A DNA stretch of 48,150 nucleotides, taken from NCBI RefSeq assembly GCF_001194135.2, contig NC_068985.1, forward strand, positions 73,700,230 to 73,748,379. Direction: 5' to 3'. The stretch is from Octopus bimaculoides (lineage: Eukaryota). The notes below the pieces were generated by a model. It did no database searches and was not told the DNA's origin. It worked only from the letters and a program-made list of their open reading frames with translations. Below, one piece after another: positions 36,584 to 48,150 of the stretch. The stretch's first letter is position 1; each line of letters starts with the position of its first letter. Both the position numbers and the translations under genes were made by a program.

Positions 36584-38091
36584 TACACACACACACACAA
36601 TCGCATCATACGCAAAAATATAGTTGCAATTTTATTCGTATATGTGTAAATATATACACGCGAAATGTATGTGTGTGAACGCCGACAGATACACACGCTA
36701 AGACCTTGCACAATCTGATATAGTAATATACAGTTCTATACGTTGTTTTCCTTTTAAGAAATACTATACAGTATACTGTATAAAATTTGGAATATCTTTC
36801 GCCGAAACGTAATTAAGAAACATCCATTTATTCTAAAATATTCGCAATTATGTTATATGTACATAATACGTATGTTAGTATTTTTCACTGAGATAATACG
36901 TGACTTAATCTATATAGTCACGTAGGATGTGTTGACACTTATAATACTGATTATTACAATTAGGAATGCGAAAATTCAGTTATGGAAGACGATTCTGCGT
37001 TGATATTTTATTCCATTTTCTTGGTGGCACAATTTAATGAAATCAAAATATATGGCTTACCACGCATATAAACAATCTTGCCACTAAATTGTTGCTGTGT
37101 TTCCTCTAATTATGTGCTGTTCTCTCACCTGAAATAAATGAAGAGATACACGTGAAAAATATGATTTTTATAATGCTCCATGCCTAAATGGCACTTATGT
37201 TTTTTGGAAACGTATAGTTATAATTAAATATTAGAAAGATAGCCAAGAGCTTCCGCGGTACATCTATAGCGAGAAAAAGAAAAGGCAAAGAATACAAATA
37301 AAACTTTCAATCACACTGTCAAGTTAAAAAGCTTTATGAAATAGATGAATCTAGTTAACAAAAATAAAGGTAAAATTTTGAACTTGTCTGACTGTCATGG
37401 TATTAGAAATTTATTAGGCGTTATATTTTACCTGGATACGCATACTTACCACAAAAACACAGTAAATGGAAATGCATGCATAATCCTACTTTAGCAAAGC
37501 TGATTTATGCGTCCTCAACAAGAACTTTCTGAATAATATTCTATCTAAACTTAATATTTTACTAAAATTGTAGAATAATATCATGTCTATTTTAAGGCAA
37601 ACATTCTTACAATTTCATAGAGGAGATACTAATCCACCATTTAAGATAGTAGAAAATTAACCGTTCAATTATTTATATTTGAATGATCAACTTGATACAT
37701 GAATTTTACTCTCCTTGCATGAAAAAGGATAAGCAATCTGTCTCGATAAAGATATAATTTAAACATGCATTTTATCGCTACTATTATGGATTTATTTTCA
37801 GAGTAAGTCAGAAATATTACTACAGATAAATAATATCCGTCACCTATTGAGAATGCTTGACGAAATAGTCCCCTATATCATTTATATTACGTAATGCATT
37901 TATGAACAAATGAATCAAGACGCGTTGTATAAGTGCAATGCAGATTTTGAGCAAAATTTAGATTCTAATCGTATTATCTTATACTTACATGCGTTGAATG
38001 TACAAAGTCTCTCATTGCATAGTTTAGAGAGTATATAATATCAATTAACTAGTTATGTTTTATGTATATATATATAAGTATACGTGTATGT

Positions 38092-38172
<81 letters not shown>

Positions 38173-38294
38173 TATATCTTAATAGTTATCGCCAAGCCAA
38201 CATGGCAGTCCAAAAAATAGGACGAATGCTGCCTGCTATTTGGAGGTGCTTGTCAAGCTCTCGTAAACATATAATAATTCTAGTGAATATGTTA

Positions 38295-38628
38295 TTCTTT
38301 GGACTTATTCGTTCTAAGCTTAGTACTTATTCTATCGGTCTCTTTTGCTAAGTTACGTAGATGTAACACACCAGCATCGGTTGTCAAGCGATATTGGGGG
38401 GACAAACACAGACACCCAAACGCACACACACGCATACATACATATATATACATATACATATATCCGACGGGCTTCTTTCAGTTTCCGTCTACGAAGTCCA
38501 CTCACAAGGTTCTGGTCGCCCCGAGGCTATATTAGAAGTCACTTGCCCAAGGTATCACGCAGTGGGACTTAACCCGGTACTATGTGGTTCCTAAGGAAGC
38601 TACTTACCACACAGCCACTCCTACGCCT
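38295..38628 (-). mobile_element. SINE family A, best-preserved copy (3' tail truncated)
   Basis: Minus-strand head aggcgtaggagtggctgtgtggtaag (A-box TGGCTGTGTGG), ccgggttaagtccc (B-box), ccttgggcaagtg; internal short TA/CA tract; body atcgcttgacaaccgatgctggtgtg. Confidence 0.92.
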
Positions 38629-39945
38629 ACATCTAAAGAAATAAAAATTATAATAAGAAATGAAATTCTCACAACTAAAAAGTAGAAGTTAAATAAATAT
38701 ATCGATTTGGATTCGTGCTAATAGATATAGTCGAAAATAGTGTGGTAGCCAACCTTTGTAAAACCAATATAAATTCTATTAAGGCGAATGGTAGTATGAC
38801 CCACTTCCTCAAAAACAAATCTAGCGATCTAAATGTATAAATACTTACACACACACACTCACATACATATATACATATTCCGGTGTATATNNNNNNNNNN
38901 NNNNNNNNNNNNNNNNNNNNNNNNNNNNNNNNNNNNNNNNNNNNNNNNNNNNNNNNNNNNNNNNNNNNNNNNNNNNNNNNNNNNNNNNNNNNNNNNNTAT
39001 ACATATATATATATATATGTGTGTGTATGTGTTTGTGTGTGTGTGCGTGTGTGTGTGTGCGTGTGCCTGCGTGTGTGTGTGTGTGTATTTTTGTATGTAG
39101 TCATGGTAGTGCGTGCAGATATGTGTTCAGACGGAGGCAGAACGAAAATAACTGATATCTATATTATAATGGAGACAGTTTCTTATTATTTAGGTATGTA
39201 ACAGTTACTAAAAATAATAAAAGAAAACAATTATTAAAACCTTGATTGTCTGGAATTTCATGTTCCAAGAAATTTCCTATAATTGCGATTTCCGAACTTC
39301 ATTGAAATTTTGAACTCCAATTGTTCACGAATTTGAATAATCGTAGCATTCATTGCAGAGTCTTCCGTTTTCATTTGCAAACACTTTTACTCTTTATTTC
39401 AATGTTTTCATTTCGAGTTTTAATTCGCTATTTCTAAAACCCACAGTTTATTCTATGTACGTAATATAAAAACATTATTTATTGAATGAATATTTTTTTT
39501 AATATCGGTATAATTTTTGTAAAAAATTTAAATGTAATTTTGTTATTATGGCTGTTTGGAACGTTATTAACCGTACAATAATAACTATGTAGACCGGTTT
39601 TAGTCCATTTCAAAACTTGAAAATCATGTGAAGAGCCTTATCGGCAAATAAGAAACACAAAATTGTAAATATTTTCAGAGGAAAAAGGGAACAATTCAAC
39701 GGAAGGTTGGTTGTTGTTTCTAGCACAACTCAAATCACCCTCCGTTTTCACTCTCACATGTATTGATGCTTTTTCTGTATTTTTCTCCCATTAGGCACAT
39801 TTTACGGAATTATGATGTCGAAGTAACATTAATAGAATATAAGCAACAATATAGAATTTTAATCTAAATTTTTATCCCATCTTATTCAAGCGAGCGAATA
39901 TGTGTGCGTGCATAAGAAAGAAACATTTTCTGACAGAAAAATATG

Positions 39946-40050
39946 CTATTAAAATTAATTATCGTTTCCGTAATTCTTTTTTAAATCACTGTGAATACTA
40001 TTAAAATGAATTATCGTTTACGTAACTCTTTTTTTATATGACTGTGAATA
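39946..40050. repeat. 52-bp tandem duplication x2
   Basis: ctattaaaat(t/g)aattatcgttt(c/a)cgtaa..ctgtgaata at 39946 and 39998. Confidence 0.9.
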
Positions 40051-40339
40051 AATGCCGGTAATGACCTTTTCAGGTTCTCCAATATTTTAATTTATAAACA
40101 TGAACAATCATGGGCAGGAAGTGGGGTTGCAAAAATTCATAAGTTTTCAATTTTTTTTATAACATATAAATGTATAGGGAGAAAAATATTGAAAAACACG
40201 AATACATGCGTGGGTGATAAAGAAACAAGAAGGGTTGTCTTGGGGTGCGCTAGAAACAACAGCCAAATCTTTGAATCACTAACTTTTCACTCTGAAAATA
40301 TTAACAATATTGTTTTTAAACGAAAAGGTTCCTCCCATA

Positions 40340-40388
40340 GGTTTGAATTGCAAAAGAAATTGGCCAAAATAGGCCCGGAGTGGGTTAA
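40340..40388. mobile_element. possible piggyBac-type MITE right terminus
   Basis: ..ttggccaaaataggcccggagtGGG|TTAA fits the CCC/GGG terminus plus TTAA target rule. No convincing left TIR found. Confidence 0.35.
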
Positions 40389-40830
40389 GGAGAGAAAGGG
40401 GATCGCAAAAAAAAAAAATTTTCACACAGAGGTATCCTCCCCAACCACATCATTTGGAAGGTTGAAGTTTAAAAAGAATGGGGAAAATCCTCGTCAAAAC
40501 TGAGTAGTCCCAACTTATTTGGTCTTCCTGGTCCGAAATTCCGCTTTACCGAAACTCCTCTCCCCACTCTCTAGGAAAAATTATTTCCCATAAATACCAA
40601 TATACTCTAAAGCCTCAACGTCTAAGCAGTATTTGTTGAAACTTTCGTTGAAATGTATCCCTTTTTCTAGATGTTATGAGGCAACAAAGTCGGGGGAGTA
40701 CACATCTATAGTGATGCCCTTGTATTTATACGAGTTTTTAATTTCATCTCTATTTCAATCTCTCTCGCCCCGTATTTGGACTACCATGATATTTGTTTAA
40801 AAAGAATGATTATGACTGTGAAAAAATAAT

Positions 40831-41018
40831 TATTTAAAATTCTTGCCGCGAGGGCAGCTTGGGAGAGGTGGGGATAAGTCGATTACATCAACCACAGGTA
40901 CTTATTTTATCGACTCCGAAAGACTGAAGGGCAAAGTCGACCTCGGCGGAATTTGAACTCAGAACATAGCGACGGGTGAAATACTCCAGCGTGTTAACGA
41001 TTCTGCCATCTGACCGCC
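40831..41018 (-). mobile_element. tRNA-derived SINE family B with 21-bp TSD
   Basis: Minus-strand head aggcggtcagatggcagaatcgttaac, B-box gagttcaaattcc. Flanked by ttatgactgtga(a/t)aaaataat at 40810-40830 and 41019-41039. Confidence 0.92.
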
Positions 41019-42840
41019 TTATGACTGTGATAAAATAATGAAAGCAATATTTAATAAGCAAGTGAGCACTATTATACAAAGAAATAATTAAAATAAAATA
41101 TCATTAAAATTATTAGATTTGGGAATCAAATGTCAAATTATTATCGCGTGGTTAGTAGAAAACCGCGTGGAAGGCGGTCTTTCTTCTAGTAGGTTTAAAT
41201 GGAACAAACAGCATAAATGTAACTCAATACATAAACATACATCTGCAAATTATTTCCCTGTAAATTAGCATAAATAACTGAATGACCAAGCGTTACTTGG
41301 GTTGTACTTATTTAGAGCACATACAAGTGCAAGATATCACATGTATGTATATGTGCATCTTTACACATATGTATATTTATGTGAATATATATATATGTTT
41401 ATACATACATATATATATATTTATGTGAATATTTATGTGTGAGTGTGTAGGTTTATATATATGCATATAAATCTAAATATATACATATATGTGTGTGTAT
41501 ATGCATAGGCATATATACATGTATCTATGTAAATGCATAGGATTTTCTATTTGATTTGTACATGGTGCTATATTTTGGTTCACTTCTCACACAGCCATTT
41601 GAGAAATATTCAGGAACAAATCGAACGATGAGCAAGCGGAAATATATGTGATTATGAGAATATTAATGATATTTCTGACAGCCAGAATATTTTTTTTCTA
41701 CAAAACCTAATTCTTGCTGATGACGACGACGAAATTGGCAACAAGCTCTGATAGCTGCTATTTTCGGAAGTGAACGAATTACTCACCTAAGTAGAAAATG
41801 TTGTTCCAACATGTTCCAGCTATTATTCGATAGATAATATATATCAAATAATCTTATAAGAAAATAAAAATGCAAGCAAATAACATAGCAAATGTTTCAG
41901 TCGTTAAATTATCATACACGCAAACGCACTATTCGTCTTGCTCCGTTTCTAATGCTTTTATTCAGGCGATATGATGAGAATCTACACCAAATATGAGGCA
42001 TCTATTTAAATATCTCCCTAATTTTCTTCTATGAAATTTATTTTCATTATCTGTGTTAATTGCAAAAGTTGTTTTTGAATTGAAGTTACTTCTCATGGTA
42101 GTAAGCAAAGGGTTTCTCATGTAATAATGTCATGTTATTTATAATTTCTGAAGCGAGATATAAATATAAATGTGACTGAATATGTTTCCCTAAACATTTC
42201 ACATTTGGTTATTTGTCTCCATGTTGACATAAAAACGTTAGACTTTACAGAGAACTTGTGTATCAATTAGTGTTTGATGAAAATATTGTACTGGGTTAAA
42301 AGAAAATGCTTTTTATCCGTTTTCTATTTACAATTATGAGACACCAGCCAACTATAGACAGTTTGAATGGTGTAGGAGCATATAGCTGGCAGACGGTTCA
42401 TTTGTGTTTGTAAGTATATGCCTGCATCTGCGCGTATGTACGAGACACAAATGTCTCGCGTTATAGAAAAATTAGACGGCATCTCGCTACAATCATCTCA
42501 TCTGTATTTAGACTATCTAATAATTAGTGCCACATTGTCAAAGTGTACTATATAACATATCTATAAAGTTAGTAATCAACACTTTGTGATGAATTGATTT
42601 TAAGAATGCCTTATTGACAATACCATCTTCGACAAGAAATGAGTGTTCATTTCGTTTCGTCTCCCCTTGGAATGTTTGTCAACAACTGAGCAGTAAACTT
42701 TATATCGAAAATAAATATGAACCTACTATTATTAACATATATCAAACAGAGTATGGCTTCCAATGACTGTAACACAAATTGGCTAAGAAACCTAGTGATA
42801 TGTTATATAGAAACATTGTTGGCACACTAAGGTATAATAT

Positions 42841-43040
42841 TGTTTTCTTCTCTAGGCACAAAGCCCGACATTTTTGTGGAGGGGGCCAGTTGATTAGATC
42901 GACCCCGGTACGCAACCTGTACTTAATTTATCGACCCCGAAAGGATAAAAAGCAAAGTCGACCTCGGCGAAACTTCAAATCAGAACGTAAAGACAGACGA
43001 AATATCGTTAAGCATTTCGCCCGGCTTCCTAACGTTTCTT
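42841..43040 (-). mobile_element. SINE family B copy (tail type 2)
   Basis: gtacttaatttatcgaccccgaaaggat..aaagtcgacctcggc..cagaacgtaa..gacgaaata; tail ctaggcacaaagcccga..ggagggggcc. Confidence 0.9.
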
Positions 43041-43042
43041 AA

Positions 43043-43235
43043 TTCTCTATTGTCCACAAGGGGCTAAAAATAGAGGGGACAAAATAGGACAGACAAAGGG
43101 ATTAAGTCGATTACATTGACCCCAGTGCATAACTGGTACTTAATTTATCGACCCCGAAATGATGAAAAGCAAAGTCGACTTCGGCAGAATTTGAACTCAG
43201 CGCGTAACGGCAGACGAAATACCGCTAAGAATTTT
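43043..43235 (-). mobile_element. SINE family B copy (tail type 3), tandem with previous
   Basis: Same body (gaatttgaactcag..gacgaaataccgctaag); tail tgtccacaaggggctaaaaatagaggggacaaa. Confidence 0.9.
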
Positions 43236-43858
43236 TACCTTGCTAATGTATAGAATTCGATCAAATATATATATATAAGTATGCGATTTCATCATCTTGT
43301 TAACTTTAGACCCCGATAATAGTTAAGCAGCGTAGAGGATGTCGCAAACAAAAATACTAAAAATTGTTGACATGTTCTTACTTGTATTTTTTTAATTTGA
43401 CCTATAGAGTTTCCACATCATGCATAGTGTGCGGCCGTCTCAGCACGCAACGTTGGACCCTAGATCAAAAATAACTTCTGAAGTATATTTTGGAAAGGAA
43501 AGGGAACACTATGCAGTCACCATGAATTTAACGGTATGACAATATCATTCAGAACTGACGAGCAAAAATACGTAAGCATCAGATACACTCGCACGTGTTT
43601 TCTAAGTTAACGGTCATGAAAGATAATCCATTAATGTTTACGTATATCAAAGCCATAAGCGTGAAATGTACATTTTCCCCTATCATGAAGATTTAGATCG
43701 TAGACGTAAGCGATCTGAAAGACTTCATATTTTCAAAACCACTTCAATTAAATATAAAATGCTACTGCAAAAATGCATCATTAAATTTACTAAAACAGAA
43801 CGATTCTGAAACAAAACTATATGCAAGTAACACAAATGAAATGAAATATAAATTATTT

Positions 43859-43907
<49 letters not shown>

Positions 43908-45254
43908 CGTATGCAGGTACGCAGACATATAGTCGTCTCAAACTGATAAAGTCATATATGCACGTATACACACAATCACATACATACACGCGCACTCCAC
44001 GAATTTAATGGTAAAACGAAGGGAAGTTAGTGGTTATGTTTGTTGCAGAAACATAGTTCACTAACTAGCACATGTTTGGAGTCATGATTGTTCTATAAGT
44101 TTGCTCTTATATCCTATGTTCACGTGTCAACACTACCTTCTGTTGAAGTTCTATGCTTTTTAACCGACTCCGAACGAATGGATAAGCATATATATAATTT
44201 TTACTAGTGCTAACCGCACATTAAATACTAAAACAATAGTAAGACCGTTCCCATGTAACAGAATTTTATTCTTATTAAAGTTATTGTATTTTGCGTTATT
44301 ACTACAGTTATAAGGAAGACTAGCTTAAAAAATTGAGAAACCCTGCGTTTAATATAAAATTACTTGTAGCATATTTAAATAATTAACGAACATTTCCTTT
44401 AAGCGACATGTTGTCACTTTATGAGAAACCGAAATGTTCCTTGGGTGATTCAAGATAGATTTTAGATATTGGTTTTGGAACTTACATATCATATTGCACT
44501 AATGACAACTTACTCTTCTGATGTATTATTCGAAGCACACTGCATAATATATTTGCATAAATCACTCACTATATATTCTATAAAATACATACGCATCGGA
44601 CATCTCCCGAGTGTCACATTATAGTAATTTTCGTAGCTTTATTAATATTCGCATGTAAAAGTGATAGACTCAATAAGATATTTCTTATGAATTTCTGAAG
44701 GACTGTTAGAAAAACAGCATTGATATAATTAAAAGGCAGCTCTTTCGATTCTACACTTACGTTGACAATGAAGTATCAGTCCTTAAATTATTTCCATTCT
44801 TCTCGCTGTTTTCAATACGATTCTCTTTTTTCATAGCATCCGCGATTCAGATTTCAACGCTTATCCATTTCTTTCACAACGATTCAAATGAGACATACTG
44901 TATCACAAAGGGGTGCCTCCGATTCTGCACACAAACACGTACACACACACATGCTTATGTATGTGTGTATATTTGTGTGTGTTGTATGTCTCAGTGTATG
45001 GTTGTACTTACATATATATGTATGTGTGTATGTGTCTGCGAAGAGGTGCGTGTATTAGCGTATATGCGTTAATATGTAGCGTGATCCTTTCATACTGTGT
45101 TTTCATTTGTACACATGATCTAGTACTCTTTCACTCTTAGTTATATTTACTACGAGAGAAGGCTTCTATAAGTGGGCCAGTTGGATTATCTGATGATAAA
45201 AGCAGTAATGCTGACACTGTTTTTTTTTTATATAAAAGGAAAGAAGTCTATATT

Positions 45255-45365
45255 AGTCCATATAGTGTGGTATTTCAGAAAAGATGTACTCGACGTACCT
45301 CACGTGCCTTCGAACAGAAACCATTGCACCGAATACTTGCCTGGGGCTACACACCAGCAGAAAAT
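45255..45365 (+). mobile_element. possible small RTE-type LINE fragment
   Basis: VWYFRKD then RAFEQKPLHRIL (cf. ETW..LxAFExxCxRRIL). Confidence 0.3.
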
Positions 45366-46829
45366 ATAGATTGCAATTTTCTTATTTATGTGTTTTATTC
45401 ACGCCAAATATGTCTATAAGTGATATTAGCATAATTTGGTCATGTGTCTCAGACATGTCTTTTTCATTGTAAACGCACTAAATTTCTTGTATCATTGCAT
45501 AACTGCTTCATAAACGTTTCACTATTGCTCACTCACTAATAATAACAAAAAAACAAGTTAGATTTCTTTCTTAATATATCATAAGATATCCGTAATCAAA
45601 TGCAACAGTCCTAGTTTTGTAACTGCCGGCTGACATTTAAATTATTGAATTTTTACACTATAAAAAGAAAAGCTTATAATTTCAAGACGTTTGAATTATT
45701 CCAATAGCTAACTCGTTCATATTTCTCTTCTCTCAAACAGTTTGTAACATTGACAGTGTATTATTAGGCTGAAATATCCAGAGATATTGGAAATAGATCT
45801 AGAAGTGAGTCTATGTAACTATGAAAGTGAGACGCTCTGAGGATTTATGAAATTCAAGACGGCAATATGTGACGAAAAAATATTATGGCTGCTGTAAAGA
45901 TTAATGTAAGGTTATTTGTCAGAGAGAACAATTGTAGAAATATAGATCCTTGCATTACATAGAAAGGAAAATGAAAGTTAAAATAAAACCCTATAATCTT
46001 GGTTTTTACTTATTAATGTTGAAGGTAAAACAATCCGAAAGGTGACAAGAGAAAAGGAAAGTATCTGTATGAAAAAGAAATTGAAAGAAAATGCACTGCG
46101 TATATAAACATGGATCATATGGTGAAGTTTCATCTATAGCATTAACTCTTTTACATTTTATTTTCTCAACAATACATCTTCATTTAAAAAATCTCTCACT
46201 TGAAGAATTCTATTAGATTTATTTTCATTCTAAAGTTAGAAACGTCTTGTATTTCGGAGAACCTATTAATTTGGGCATCTTCGGGTGACATATATGTTAC
46301 ACATATATGAAAGTATATATTTGCTTGTTATATAATAAGATGATTTATCAGTAATGCAGAATAATATCATATCCGTATGCCTTGCTCCATGTCACGTCTC
46401 ATACATAAATTATTAATAATTGGTAACTGTCAGATATTCTAACATAACGTGAAATTGTGTGCATTTCTGAATAATATATACATAATTTACGATGTGTTGT
46501 TAACAATTATCTATGAGCACTTCATTATACAGACTGTCACACGAAACAAGTTGATACATGTAGATTCTTAGATTCTTTGGTCAAAGTTTTGTACGATTGG
46601 CAGTCGAAAACTGGCACTGTTAAAACGAGTCTGTGAAGTTGCCCTCTAGCTCTTATTCTACGTGAGATATGTACGCTATCACTATTTTGCATAAATCTAT
46701 TTTATAAATCTGCGTTTTACTGAGCGGAAGGTTATCATACCATGTTTATTTAAAGAAAAAAAGTCGATTAGCTAAGAGTCCCATATTTGGAGTAACGAGT
46801 TTCAACAGAAGGTGTAGCTTGGAGATTAC

Positions 46830-47100
46830 GGAGTCTCTTCAGGTCGAATGGTTATTTCTCCGCATTGAGTGGTCATGGATCTGAAACTACGGACATGTGA
46901 TTTGAATAACACATCACAGATTCTGCAGGCAAGATTAACCGGCATGAATGAGATCAAGAGGTAGACAAAGAAGGTGTTGGCTGGATAATATTCATAGTCT
47001 CAGTCGATTATGCTTGGACGTCTAACCGGAAAATCTAATGACAGCCGCTTCTGATGAGACCCTAAGGAAGAAATACCTAAGGACTCTGCTTCCATGACCC
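46830..47100 (+). mobile_element. possible Penelope/Poseidon-type GIY-YIG C-terminal remnant
   Basis: SALSGH..GHVI*..NNTSQIL (cf. SALAEH..GHxIDWxNxKIL), then EIKR; a CTGATGAG motif follows at 47051. Confidence 0.45.
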
Positions 47101-47186
47101 GTGAGGGACAGGAAAATAGAGTCGTGAAGACAGATGAATGTATATGTATGTCTGTGTATATGCATGCATTTGAGTATATGTACGTA

Positions 47187-48114
47187 TACGAGATGATACT
47201 CAACAGAAACCGGAAGTTCGCAATATATTTTATTCACTTAATTTTACATGTTTATACTTTTATCGCCTTCCAAGTATTCTCCATTTGAAGCATCGCATAG
47301 GTCCAGGCGCGTTTTCCAGTGTTAGAAGCAGTCCTGAAAACCAGACAAGAGTTGCCTTTTAACATTTCCGTCGTTTTTTTCTTCACCTCTTCCATACCTG
47401 CTGAATATATTCTTTTCAGACCTTTTTTTCATTCCGTGGGTCACAAACGTAACCCAACCTCACAAGCGTTACCCCGCTTGTTATGGTGGGTAAGCGGGGT
47501 AACACATTCAGTCGAGATTGCTTTTGATTTTCCTTGAAGAAACGAGACACTATTTTTGCTGCAACTCTTTTTCATTCGCAATTCCTTGTTCAAAATTCGT
47601 TGGTAAGAACTCCAGGCACACCAGTCATATCAACAAGTTCGCCTCGTCAATTGTTCTATGACGGTCCTCCAAGATCACATCATGTATTTTCATAGTGTTT
47701 TCATTCGTGCCGGGTGTGGGTGGTTTGGAGCCCGCATGGAACGAGGGTGGTTTTCAAGCGACGAGTGACAATTCCTAAAGCGTGAACGCTACATGGGTTT
47801 TGTTCTTGGCTGCCTTCTTGTAAGCTATTTGAAACATGACATCTGTTTTGGGCATTGTTTCCTCCAGCAGAAAACAATATCACAGAAGTATGCTGTTCTT
47901 TCCTATCAACCATTGTAAAAGTGGACGAACAGGGTAGAATCACTGCAAAACAAAAGTGCATGACATAGCAGTACTATGTCTTTTGATGATGCAGGTCAGC
48001 AGACTGATGCCTGCGATTTACATCAAGTGATTTCTAGTAGCAGAAGCCTAAACAACACCGGTCTTGTCCAACAGAGAACGTTTCCGGTTACTTTGAGGGA
48101 GGTACTGCCTCGTA
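47187..48114 (-). mobile_element. internally deleted mariner element with both TIRs and TA target duplication
   Basis: Termini TAcgagatgatactcaacagaaaccggaa (47187) and reverse complement TAcgaggcagtac..ctcaaagtaaccggaa (48114). Minus strand SLENHPRS, NENTMKIHDVILEDR, RILNKELRMKRVAAKIVSR, joined to EEVKKKTTEMLKG and HWKTRLDLCDASNGEYLEGDK. The catalytic middle is missing. Confidence 0.93.
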
Positions 48115-48150
48115 TATATGCACACATATATACATATGTATTTCCATACA

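Noticed and set aside
36897-36924. 9-bp hairpin tacgtgact-N10-agtcacgta
   Set aside because: Isolated, with no Helitron CTRR end or other context; plausible by chance in 48 kb.
41716-41740. CTGATGA..GAAA motif
   Set aside because: The intervening cgacgac cannot form helix II; it is a GAC/GAT triplet run.
47040-47090. CTGATGAG-accctaaggaa-GAAA-tacctaagg as an active hammerhead
   Set aside because: Helices I and III cannot be closed in this copy; kept only as weak support for a decayed PLE end.
1-48150. CRISPR array, operon, genuine tRNA/rRNA genes
   Set aside because: No regularly spaced repeat-spacer array and no gene-dense coding. All A/B-box sequences lack a full cloverleaf and continue into SINE bodies.

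Overview
AT-rich, repeat-saturated eukaryotic DNA. I found no confidently identifiable host protein-coding exon, RNA gene, CRISPR array or prokaryotic system. The tRNA-headed SINE families and the dense (TA)n/(CA)n/(TACA)n/(TCTA)n microsatellites look like an octopod cephalopod draft genome (inference from recalled repeat families, not a search). Nine N-gaps, most flanked by dinucleotide runs, generate nearly all long entries in the ORF track, and those are artefacts. Hand translation across stops and frameshifts shows a graveyard of transposons: three mariner remnants (one with both TIRs), three RTE-type LINE fragments, three R4/Dong-like LINE fragments, two clear and one weak Penelope-like fragment, a probable piggyBac remnant, and about 15 SINE copies from four families. 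The most unusual observations are: (1) a tRNA-headed SINE with an internal (TAA)n and a decayed Penelope-type hammerhead-like tail; (2) two neighbouring long-range inverted repeats (82 bp at 96%, and about 270-290 bp made of LINE coding sequence); (3) one SINE head carrying three different 3' tails; (4) a GTCGA-N5-TCGAC hairpin shared across SINE families; (5) a perfect 12-bp hairpin at a mariner deletion junction. None is demonstrated to be a new biological system. All protein similarities are by-eye motif matches.
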